From positions 3,284 through 67,283 of the forward strand of contig CAOJKP010000006.1 of NCBI GenBank assembly GCA_948438085.1: DNA of 64,000 nt. Reading direction: 5' to 3'. Positions 10,213 through 18,487 of this stretch are shown here, one piece after another; position 1 is the stretch's first letter; the number at the start of each line of letters is the position of its first letter. A program made the position numbers and the translations under genes. Source of the DNA: an uncultured Clostridium sp. GTDB taxonomy: Bacteria > Bacillota > Clostridia > TANB77 > CAG-508. Under the pieces are notes generated by a model, which did no database searches, was not told the DNA's origin, and saw nothing but the letters and a program-made list of their open reading frames with translations.

Positions 10213-11712
10213 TCATATCCGCTTTGGTATAGCACTAATTTGTGTTCCTATAACTCCAACATATTCCTCAACATCTTCTTCTACTAAGTTATATCCATCT
10301 AATGAATCTTTTTGTTTATAATGTTCTACCCTAAATTTTCCTTGCTTATATGTTATTGGAATTGGTGTTGTTCTTGTAATTGTTGTTCCATCTCCTAATT
10401 CTTTATTTTCATTTGCTCCCCATGCATATACTGTTCCAGATTCATCTATTCCAACAACATGATTCCATGTAGCTGCAATTTTAATCATTTTTTCTTTTAT
10501 TAGAGTTGGAGTTGATTTTAACGTTATAGTTCCGTCTCCTAATTCTCCATTTCCATTTGCTCCCCATGCATATAATTTTCCATCTTCAGTTATTGCAAAT
10601 GATGTATCATATCCTACTGAAATCTCTTTGAATGTATTTTCACTCATTATGATTGTTGGTGTTTGTAAAGAAGTTGTGTTTCCTGTTCCTAATTGTCCAT
10701 ATGTATTTACTCCCCATACATATAATTTATCATCTTGAGATATTGCTAATGCATGTCCTTCTCCTAATGAAGTTTCCACTTTTCTAAATTTTATATTTGA
10801 TGCTATTGTTGGTGTTTGTAAAGAAGTTGTATTTCCTGTTCCTAATTGTCCTTTTTCATTTGCTCCCCATGCATATAGTGTTCCATCTTCTGATATTGCT
10901 AAACTATAATTTCCTCCTGCTGATACCTCTTTAAAACTTGTTCCATTCATTATTTTTATTGGTGTTAAACTATTATTAGTTGTACCATCACCTAATTGTC
11001 CATTATTATTTAATCCCCATGCCCATAATGCTCCATTTTCATCTATTGCTAAGCTATGTGCCATACCTGCAGATATTTTTTTAAATTTTGTATTTGCACT
11101 GTTTGTTATCATTATAGGTGCTGATGTGTTGTTTGTGTCTCCATTTCCTAATTGGCCAACTCCATTTGCCCCCATTGCCCATAGGCTTCCATCTTCTGCT
11201 AAAACTAAACTAAAGAAACCTCCTGCTGATATTTCAGTAAACTTTGTACCTTCTTTTACAACAGTTAGACCTACATCATCTAAAGAAGAACTACATCCTA
11301 TTTGCCCATTATTATTTAATCCCCAACCAACAAGCATTCCATCTGTTGATATAGCGAATGTGTGATACGTACCACCTGTAACATCTTTATATGCTGCAGA
11401 TTTTGGATTTTGATTCCATTTTGCCCAGAATGTTTTATCTCCAGTTGCTGTTACTGGAATTTGTGTTATAGCATCACCGCTAAGGTCTGCATTTTCATAC
11501 CACCCTTCAAATTGATAGCCTGCTTTGAATATATTACTAGGTAAATTGAATATATTTCCTTGTGTATATTGCATGTCTGGTTGATATGTAAAAAATCCTC
11601 CATTTTTCTCATAATTTATATTGGCTGTTACTGCTAGTACTGTAGTATGTACAATACAAATTATGCCAATTGTTATTAATATTAATTTTAATAATATTTT
11701 CTTTTGTTGCAT
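10213..11712 (-). CDS. Secreted protein: signal peptide, Listeria/Bacteroides (InlB B-repeat, Flg_new-like) repeat, 7-bladed RCC1 beta-propeller, and the first half of a MucBP-like domain. It is probably the detached N-terminus of the adhesin.
   Basis: The N-terminus 'KKILLKLILITIGIICIVHTTVLAVTA' is a signal peptide. 'AGYQFEGWYENADLSGD...TFWAKW' matches Flg_new. There are seven 'WG.N..GQLG.G.T' RCC1 blades. The C-terminus 'FRVEHYKQKDSLDGYNLVEEDVEEYVGVIGTQISAIPK' stops in mid-domain. Confidence 0.8.
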   Translation of the reverse strand: MQQKKILLKLILITIGIICIVHTTVLAVTANINYEKNGGFFTYQPDMQYTQGNIFNLPSNIFKAGYQFEGWYENADLSGDAITQIPVTATGDKTFWAKWNQNPKSAAYKDVTGGTYHTFAISTDGMLVGWGLNNNGQIGCSSSLDDVGLTVVKEGTKFTEISAGGFFSLVLAEDGSLWAMGANGVGQLGNGDTNNTSAPIMITNSANTKFKKISAGMAHSLAIDENGALWAWGLNNNGQLGDGTTNNSLTPIKIMNGTSFKEVSAGGNYSLAISEDGTLYAWGANEKGQLGTGNTTSLQTPTIASNIKFRKVETSLGEGHALAISQDDKLYVWGVNTYGQLGTGNTTSLQTPTIIMSENTFKEISVGYDTSFAITEDGKLYAWGANGNGELGDGTITLKSTPTLIKEKMIKIAATWNHVVGIDESGTVYAWGANENKELGDGTTITRTTPIPITYKQGKFRVEHYKQKDSLDGYNLVEEDVEEYVGVIGTQISAIPKRI

Positions 11713-12156
11713 TTTTATCTTCTCCTTAGAATTTCCTTCTTTAATATATTTAATATAATTATAATAATCTTTTTTCTTATTAACAATGTAAGTATTTTCT
11801 ATTATTACAATTTTCCAGAAGTAACTTTTTAGGGAACTGCATAGTTTATTCTATTTTTTTCATTTTTATCTTTTTTTTTACATTTTATTAACATAATAGT
11901 TTTTACTTTTAAAATTTTTTATTTTTTATTGATTTATCTATGTTTTTGCAGTTAAACATTCGGATTTTTGTTTTAAAAATTTCTATTATTCTTTATTTTC
12001 CGTACTATTTCACCATTTTATAAAATTTAAGATACTTATGTTCACAATTTAACTTGCAAAAATTTAAAAATCTATAGAATGTATTTATTTTCTGATAACT
12101 TTGGTACTGTATGAGTATAGAAAATCATTTATTGATTTTTATACTTTTCTTATAAG

Positions 12157-12187
12157 ATAAAAAATGAATTAACAAATGTTAATTCAT
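12157..12187 (-). terminator. Intrinsic terminator after the 12192-13043 gene
   Basis: 10-bp stem atgaattaac/gttaattcat with a 4-nt loop, followed by a T-run on the minus strand, immediately after the stop codon. Confidence 0.7.
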
Positions 12188-12191
12188 TTTT

Positions 12192-13043
12192 TTATCTTAC
12201 TTCATTTTTATAATTCATTTTTGGACTTTCCGATTGTTCATGCATTTCTTTCACATTTACTATAGGGTTTTGTATATCTACTTTTAATCTTTCTAATATA
12301 GGTTTTATTTGACCCGACTTTTCTTTCTCGTATTGCTTACTTACGGCTTCTCCTATTTTAGGCATTATATTTTCATATCCCAATTGCGTTAATTCTTGTT
12401 TTATTATTTCTAATAGTTCTAAAATATTAGGTACATTACTTTTGGATATATATTGTATTACTGCTTGTTCTAGATGGTCTTTTAATTCATATTTCCATAT
12501 TTGCTCATTCAATTCCATATATTCTTCATATATACTTTTCATTTTTCTTTTATGTTCTTTTTTCATTTTAAATTCTACTGGATTTGTATGAGTAATTATT
12601 GATTTAATTACTACTGCTATGCTTTTTAACCTGTTTGCTCGTGTTAAAGAAGAATGTATATGTTCTACATTATCTTGTGTAATATCTTCCTGTATTTGAT
12701 TTATCTGTTTTAGTTTTTCGTCTCCATCTGTTGTATAATTTAGCAAATCTACTAATATTGCTTGTCCTATTATTGAGTCTTGAACTTCATTTGTTTTTTT
12801 GTTTATTGTTGCATATAGTGATATTCCTCTTTCCATAAATATATGTGATATCTGATTTAACTTGTTATTAAATGTTGTTGCAATTACTGGAATTTTACTC
12901 TTTAATTTAAGAACTTTCTTAAAATAGTCTTGCTGTGCATCAATAAAGTTTGTTTGCTCTACTATTAATCTCATAATCATATTAGTAACCATTTGTTTGT
13001 TTTCTTTTTCAATATTACTAAACTTTTCTTGTATTGTTTCCAT
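12192..13043 (-). CDS. Hypothetical helical protein, last gene of the GT8/acyltransferase operon
   Basis: 283-aa ORF, 13 nt downstream of the previous gene. I recognise no motif. Confidence 0.6.
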   Translation of the reverse strand: METIQEKFSNIEKENKQMVTNMIMRLIVEQTNFIDAQQDYFKKVLKLKSKIPVIATTFNNKLNQISHIFMERGISLYATINKKTNEVQDSIIGQAILVDLLNYTTDGDEKLKQINQIQEDITQDNVEHIHSSLTRANRLKSIAVVIKSIITHTNPVEFKMKKEHKRKMKSIYEEYMELNEQIWKYELKDHLEQAVIQYISKSNVPNILELLEIIKQELTQLGYENIMPKIGEAVSKQYEKEKSGQIKPILERLKVDIQNPIVNVKEMHEQSESPKMNYKNEVR

Positions 13044-13056
13044 AATCTCTCCATAT

Positions 13057-13842
13057 TTAAATATTATTATCTTTTTTTACATATTTTATATATTCTATAT
13101 TGCTATTTTTACTTCTTTCTGCCATACATTTATATACTCTATTTCTTAAGTCTTCTTTTTGTTCTTTTATTGGTAGTGCTTTATCTGCAATAAATGGTCC
13201 ATCTATATATGATACTATTTGTATTTTATTATTGTTTTTTCCATAACTTTGATATGTGTTTGTTACACAAAATACTGGTGTATCTAATTCTACTGGATAT
13301 TTAAATGATACTGATTTAAATGGTCTTATTTTAGTGTAATATGGCCATATATGCGCTTCTGGAAATATTGTTATAGAGTATCCTTTTTTAATTCTTTTTT
13401 CTATTGCTGATATAAAATTTTTCATAGCTTTTATATTGCTTGGTATTGGTATTGCTCCAAACATTTGTATAAAATTTCCTACAAACTTCATTGATACATT
13501 TTCAGGGTTTACTATTATATAGTTTCTTTTTGGATATACAATGTTACTAATTATGAATGTATCTGCAAAGCTTTGTGTATGATTTCCATATATAAAATAG
13601 CCTATTTTTTTATATGGTTTTAATTTTTCTTTTCCAATATATTTTATCTTAAATTTTGTTTTTGCATATATAACTTTTATTGGAACTGATAGTATATTTT
13701 GAATTAAATATGCTAAACAATTCCATAATATATTTTTGTGAATATATTTATAGTTTTCATTAATTTGCCTTGGTATTATTTTGGTTTTTGAAAACTCATC
13801 ATTTAACTCATCTTCGTAATATATAACTTCTTTATATTTCAT
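13057..13842 (-). CDS. Lysophospholipid (PlsC-like) acyltransferase family protein
   Basis: 'YGNHTQSFADTF' (NH..-D block) and 'ITIFPEAHIWP' (FPEG-like block). It overlaps the upstream gene by 11 nt. Confidence 0.6.
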   Translation of the reverse strand: MKYKEVIYYEDELNDEFSKTKIIPRQINENYKYIHKNILWNCLAYLIQNILSVPIKVIYAKTKFKIKYIGKEKLKPYKKIGYFIYGNHTQSFADTFIISNIVYPKRNYIIVNPENVSMKFVGNFIQMFGAIPIPSNIKAMKNFISAIEKRIKKGYSITIFPEAHIWPYYTKIRPFKSVSFKYPVELDTPVFCVTNTYQSYGKNNNKIQIVSYIDGPFIADKALPIKEQKEDLRNRVYKCMAERSKNSNIEYIKYVKKDNNI

Positions 13843-14722
13843 CTTTAACTCTCACTTTTTGTTCTTCAGTAGTATACTCTAGCGGAATTTTATAAAAGTC
13901 TTCATATATTTTTTTCCAAACTTCATAATTTTTTTCTTTCATTATTTCTTTGTTTTCTCTTTGAGTCTTGGTCTCATCTGGATAGATTGGCTTTTCTATG
14001 TTTATTGTATATTCTTGTATTGGGAATCCGTCTTCTCCTATAATATCGCTATCTTCCATTGTAATAAATATTGGAATTATTGGCACATTATTTCTTGTTG
14101 CTAAGTTAAATGCTCCTATTTTTAGTGGTTTTGGTTTTCTATAGTTCCACCATAGGCTTTGTTCTGGATATATTAATATAAAATCTCCTCTTGTTAAAAT
14201 TGTATCTACTGCTTTTATGAATTCTACCATTGTTCTTTTATTCGAACTTAATGGCAATGTATCACAATTTCTAAATAAAAATCCATAAAACCCTGAAAAA
14301 TTTGTATAATTTCCTTCTCTTATTACTTTATACATTTTTTTTGTTTTAGAGTTTTGTGTTTTTCTAAATACTTTCTCTATTGAAAATGAATCAAATGGAT
14401 TAAAATGGTTGCATGTAATTATTGCTCCTGTTTTTACTTTTTCTAAGTTTTCAATTCCATTTACATTTTTTATTATTAATTTGCTATCTTTTATTATTTC
14501 ACTTAAAAATTTTTCACCTATTTTATTTGCAATTCTATTTTTTATTTTGCTATATTTTTTTTCTTTTAGATAGTCTATATTTTCTGGTGTTAACACTATA
14601 GTTTCTGGGTCATTTTCTGCATCTATGTCAAAGCATCCTTCTTTTTCTAATTTATCTATCTTTTTTAAAATCTCTATTCTGTCTTGAGACTTTTCTATGG
14701 CTTGTTCTTTTTTTCCTTTCAT
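13832..14722 (-). CDS. 1-acyl-sn-glycerol-3-phosphate acyltransferase (PlsC) family protein
   Basis: 'CNHFNPFDSF' (H-x4-D) and 'ILIYPEQSLWW'. Its start overlaps the stop of the upstream GT8 gene. Confidence 0.65.
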   Translation of the reverse strand: MKGKKEQAIEKSQDRIEILKKIDKLEKEGCFDIDAENDPETIVLTPENIDYLKEKKYSKIKNRIANKIGEKFLSEIIKDSKLIIKNVNGIENLEKVKTGAIITCNHFNPFDSFSIEKVFRKTQNSKTKKMYKVIREGNYTNFSGFYGFLFRNCDTLPLSSNKRTMVEFIKAVDTILTRGDFILIYPEQSLWWNYRKPKPLKIGAFNLATRNNVPIIPIFITMEDSDIIGEDGFPIQEYTINIEKPIYPDETKTQRENKEIMKEKNYEVWKKIYEDFYKIPLEYTTEEQKVRVKDEI

Positions 14723-15660
14723 TACATTCTCCTATTTTCTCTATCATCGCCTACACATGAATTTTCTCTTATAGCAAGTTCTTCTAATCCCTTTTCTGCC
14801 TCTCTATCTCGAAATTTCTGTTCTTCTGTATAACTCTCTCTAATTTTTACTATTTCTTCGTAAAACTCTGTTTCTTTAGCATATTTCAAGAAATATTCGT
14901 TATATTTAATATCTTCAAAGTGCCATGGCTTATATGCAAAATTGTAATGTATTAATTTTATATCTTCTGGCTTTGTTTCGTCATTTACACATGGCATTAC
15001 ATCCCAATCATGACTAACTAATGTTACTCGTCCTTTACATAATCTGTTCAAGTAGTCTTGATCTTGTGCTACTGAAAATTTTACTTTTTCTAGTAGATAT
15101 AAAAATTTTTCTTGAAAATTAAATTTTCTTAATTCATCTAGGTTCATTAGTAATACTCCTGCATTAAAATAATGTTGATATTTTGCAACTCCTACTACTA
15201 ATTCTGCATAATCTTGAAATACTTTATTGTATTGAATTATATCATCTGGTGCTGCTGCTACTAGATTTGTACCCATATCTGTATTATATAGTTCTGATAT
15301 ATCTCCTAATACTATTATGTCACTATCTAAATATAAAACCTTGTTATATTGTGGATATAGTTCTGGTAAAAATAACCTAAAATATGTTGTATTTGTGTAA
15401 TAATCACGAGTATATAATTTATCTTTTACTTTTTCTATGTAATAACCTAAATCTACAAATTCTATATTTACATTTGCGTTTTCAAACTTTTTAATTTGTT
15501 CCATATGTTTTTTTTGTACATTTGTATGTAATATTTTTATTTGATAATTATATTCTTTACTTGCATTTTCTATTAATGATTTTAATGCTACTGCTATAAA
15601 TGGTGTATATTTATCATCAATAGCAAAAAATATTGGTATTACTTTTAATTTATTTTCCAT
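14722..15660 (-). CDS. Glycosyltransferase family 8
   Basis: 'IPIFFAIDDKY', the DxD motif 'YLDSDIIVLGDISELY' and 'FNAGVLLMNL' are typical of GT8. Confidence 0.75.
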   Translation of the reverse strand: MENKLKVIPIFFAIDDKYTPFIAVALKSLIENASKEYNYQIKILHTNVQKKHMEQIKKFENANVNIEFVDLGYYIEKVKDKLYTRDYYTNTTYFRLFLPELYPQYNKVLYLDSDIIVLGDISELYNTDMGTNLVAAAPDDIIQYNKVFQDYAELVVGVAKYQHYFNAGVLLMNLDELRKFNFQEKFLYLLEKVKFSVAQDQDYLNRLCKGRVTLVSHDWDVMPCVNDETKPEDIKLIHYNFAYKPWHFEDIKYNEYFLKYAKETEFYEEIVKIRESYTEEQKFRDREAEKGLEELAIRENSCVGDDRENRRM

Positions 15661-16489
15661 TTTTTAACTCCTTTTTATTATATATTTCTTTCCATTTCAA
15701 GTACTCTTGTAAATCTTCATCAAATGTATAGCATTTTAAGTATTTATGTATTTCTTCTATATTCCATTGTTTATAGTTTTCTGTGTGTGGATATGGTTTT
15801 AGTAATAAGCGTTTACAAAAATGGCAAATTACTGTATCACTTCTATTAAACTTCGATTGTTCATTGAATTTTCTTGGTAATAATAATTTAGTGCTTGTTG
15901 ACCTAAATATTGCATCTTGATCGGCAAATAACATCTTTTTTGTTTTTATTAATTTTCTTGCTTTTTCTAATAGTTTTGTTTGTTTTATTTTATCCATGTT
16001 TAGCAATAACATTCCAGCATTTATATAATCGGGTCTTATAAACCAGCTTCCATATTTTTCTTTTACAGCAGCATATTCATAATTTGTTATATCTATATTA
16101 TATAGTTCATATATATCTTTATTTGCCATCATGTCTATATCTAAATATAATATTTTGTTTGGCATTTCTTCAACTAAATCTACTAATAATCTTAATAGTG
16201 TATATGGTGTACAATATGCATTTTCATTTTTGCAATGTCCAAATTCTTGCTCATATAAATCTGTAACATCAATTTTTTTTACATTGTTATTTGCATTTTT
16301 TGTTTTTACTACTTCATTTAATATTTCAATTTGTTCATCTGTTATTGATTCATATTCTTCTTTTATTCTTTGTAAGTTCATTGTGAATATGTAACAGTTT
16401 ATATCCTTATTTGTTTTATTAGTTATTGATATAAGTTGTGTTAATGCTCCATCAAAAACTTTGTTATTTCCACATAAAAGTATATTCAT
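15650..16489 (-). CDS. Glycosyltransferase family 8
   Basis: 'YLDIDMMANKDIYELY' (DxD) and 'INAGMLLLNMDK'. First gene of a five-gene overlapping operon. Confidence 0.7.
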   Translation of the reverse strand: MNILLCGNNKVFDGALTQLISITNKTNKDINCYIFTMNLQRIKEEYESITDEQIEILNEVVKTKNANNNVKKIDVTDLYEQEFGHCKNENAYCTPYTLLRLLVDLVEEMPNKILYLDIDMMANKDIYELYNIDITNYEYAAVKEKYGSWFIRPDYINAGMLLLNMDKIKQTKLLEKARKLIKTKKMLFADQDAIFRSTSTKLLLPRKFNEQSKFNRSDTVICHFCKRLLLKPYPHTENYKQWNIEEIHKYLKCYTFDEDLQEYLKWKEIYNKKELKNGK

Positions 16490-16599
16490 TTACATTTTTC
16501 CCCATATTTTTATTTATTCTATTTTACACTATATTTTTTATTTATGCAATTCTTATTTAGTTCATAATTAAATATACTATTATTTTAGTTTATATATAT

Positions 16600-16826
16600 G
16601 TGTATTCTATACCAGCATATATATAAATTCATTATTATCTCGGCTCAATACATACATTAAGAAAGTCTAATAAAATTTTCCGAGCCTCTTCCACGTCTTT
16701 TCCTCACTCATTAAATTCGTTCGGGCGCGTCCACTCCTCCTCAAATTTCATAAGACTTTCTAAATATACTCCAATCGCATTCGATAAACCATAATGAATT
16801 TATATATATGCTGGCATAGAATACGC
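16600..16826. repeat. Nested-palindrome intergenic element, copy A: 36-bp AT-rich arms and a 155-nt GC-richer core. It is the reverse complement of copy A' at 40878-41098.
   Basis: Arms 16600-16635 and 16791-16826 pair at 34/36 positions. The core is about 95% identical (7 mismatches in 155 by hand alignment) to the reverse complement of 40911-41065. The core has its own second-level stem (ttaagaaagtct.../...agactttct). Confidence 0.85.
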
Positions 16827-16876
16827 AATTTATATTAAACAAAAACACCATTAATAAAATGGCATTTTTACTTAAA

Positions 16877-17662
16877 TTAATTATTTACATCTATATTTCC
16901 ACAATCTACATCAACTTTTAGTATTATTTGCGATTGTCTATTATTTTTGTTTATATTTGTTTTTCCAAGATCAACTGTTGCATCTATAAATATGTCGTTT
17001 GTTGAACCTATTGCTATGTTTCCTAAATCACATTTTAATTTTGAATTTTCTTTTATATCGATTTCTTGTATTTCAATATTTCCACAATCTGTTCTTATAT
17101 CTACTTTATTTGTTATACTTTTTACTTCTACGTTTCCACAATCATTTTTTACATATGCATTTTTTATTTTACCTAATTTAATATTTCCACAGTCTTCTTT
17201 TACATTTATACTCGCATTTTCTAAATCTTCTACAGCTAAATTTCCATAATCTATATCTACATTTATATCATTTTCATAATATGATGGTATATATAGTATT
17301 ATTTCGCTTTTATATTTATTAAATCCCCAAAAAATATGCCCATTATTTTTATATTCTACTTGTAATTTATCTGAACTTGATTCTATGTTTAATTTATTTG
17401 GATTCTCTCCATATGCAATAACTTTTATTTTATCATTCTCACTTTTTCTTATTTCTATGTCTCCTGCATTTGATGATACTTGTATGTTTCTTATCAAATT
17501 TGCCTCATATTCTTGCTCAAATATTTTGTTTTTACTTTTTACTATATTACCAAATTGAAGTTTATTTCCATTACCTAAACAAAAACATAATAATGCAATC
17601 AATCCTAGTATAATAATTACTATTATAATTATTATAAATATTATTAATCCTTTACTTTTCAT
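16877..17662 (-). CDS. Membrane-anchored DUF4097-type (beta-helix 'putative adhesin') protein
   Basis: N-terminal TM segment 'LIIFIIIIIVIIILGLIALL', and a repeated 'DCGNI.h' motif (5 times) at the C-terminus. Confidence 0.65.
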   Translation of the reverse strand: MKSKGLIIFIIIIIVIIILGLIALLCFCLGNGNKLQFGNIVKSKNKIFEQEYEANLIRNIQVSSNAGDIEIRKSENDKIKVIAYGENPNKLNIESSSDKLQVEYKNNGHIFWGFNKYKSEIILYIPSYYENDINVDIDYGNLAVEDLENASINVKEDCGNIKLGKIKNAYVKNDCGNVEVKSITNKVDIRTDCGNIEIQEIDIKENSKLKCDLGNIAIGSTNDIFIDATVDLGKTNINKNNRQSQIILKVDVDCGNIDVNN

Positions 17663-17682
17663 TTTATTTCCTCCTCTTTAAA

Positions 17683-18345
17683 CTATATATTTTTTTCATT
17701 TGCATTTAACATAAAAAATAATTTTACTACTTCACATATTAGTCCATCTATTATAAATATTACCCATGTAATATACCATGCCATTGTTGCAAAACTTATT
17801 ATAAAGTATATTATTGTGCAAATTGTTCCTACAATTCCATTTATTTGTTTTATAATTCGTTCTTCTTTTTTCTCTTCTTCTGACTTTTCAATTTTAGGAT
17901 TCGACATATAATTTTTTATAATTTTTGCTGTTGCATATGCTATTATACATAAAAATATTGCTGTTGCAACAATTGGATTCATTCTTAATACTGGAATTGC
18001 TACCATTATAAATGCTACTGCTATAATATAAATAAATACTGCTGTTGATACTACTTGTGCATTTTTCTTTCTAATTTCTTCTCTTGTTGGTTCTTTTTTT
18101 TCTTTCTTTTCCTCAGCTTCTTGTGATATTTTTTCTTCTTTTTTTCCTGTTAATAGTTCATTTGAAGATATTTCATATAATTCACATATTGGTATTATTT
18201 TATCAAAGTCTGGAGTTGTTTGATTTGTCTCCCATTTTGATATGGTTTGTCTTGTTACATTTAATTTATCTGCAACTTCTTCTTGTGACAAGTTTTTTTC
18301 TTTTCTTAGTTCATATAATTTTTCTCCTATGTTCAATTTAAACAC
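17683..18345 (-). CDS. XRE-family HTH regulator fused to a multi-pass membrane domain
   Basis: 'LYELRKEKNLSQEEVADKLNVTRQTISKWETNQTTPD' is an HTH_3 motif. It is followed by a charged linker and hydrophobic helices. Confidence 0.75.
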   Translation of the reverse strand: MFKLNIGEKLYELRKEKNLSQEEVADKLNVTRQTISKWETNQTTPDFDKIIPICELYEISSNELLTGKKEEKISQEAEEKKEKKEPTREEIRKKNAQVVSTAVFIYIIAVAFIMVAIPVLRMNPIVATAIFLCIIAYATAKIIKNYMSNPKIEKSEEEKKEERIIKQINGIVGTICTIIYFIISFATMAWYITWVIFIIDGLICEVVKLFFMLNANEKNI

Positions 18346-18487
18346 CCTTCCTTTCTATGTTTTTAATTATACATTGTTTTTAAAGTGCATACTACCAATT
18401 TTGATTTGAAATTTGTCAACTAAAGTTAACATTTCCTTATTTATATGCATTTTTACGTATTAAAGTGGCACATATAAATGTACCACT

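Noticed and set aside
138-10321. About 25 plus-strand ORFs (60-169 aa) rich in F/L/S/I/Y across the first 10 kb
   Set aside because: They are antisense frames of the giant minus-strand adhesin. Their composition is low-complexity, they repeat with the same 591-bp and 312-bp periodicity as the sense-strand domains, and they have no RBS or motifs.
16600-16826. Elements A/A' as an insertion sequence or classical MITE
   Set aside because: There is no transposase ORF and no recognisable target-site duplication. The outermost arm sequences differ between the copies, whereas MITE terminal repeats should be conserved. I kept it as an uncharacterised repeat instead.
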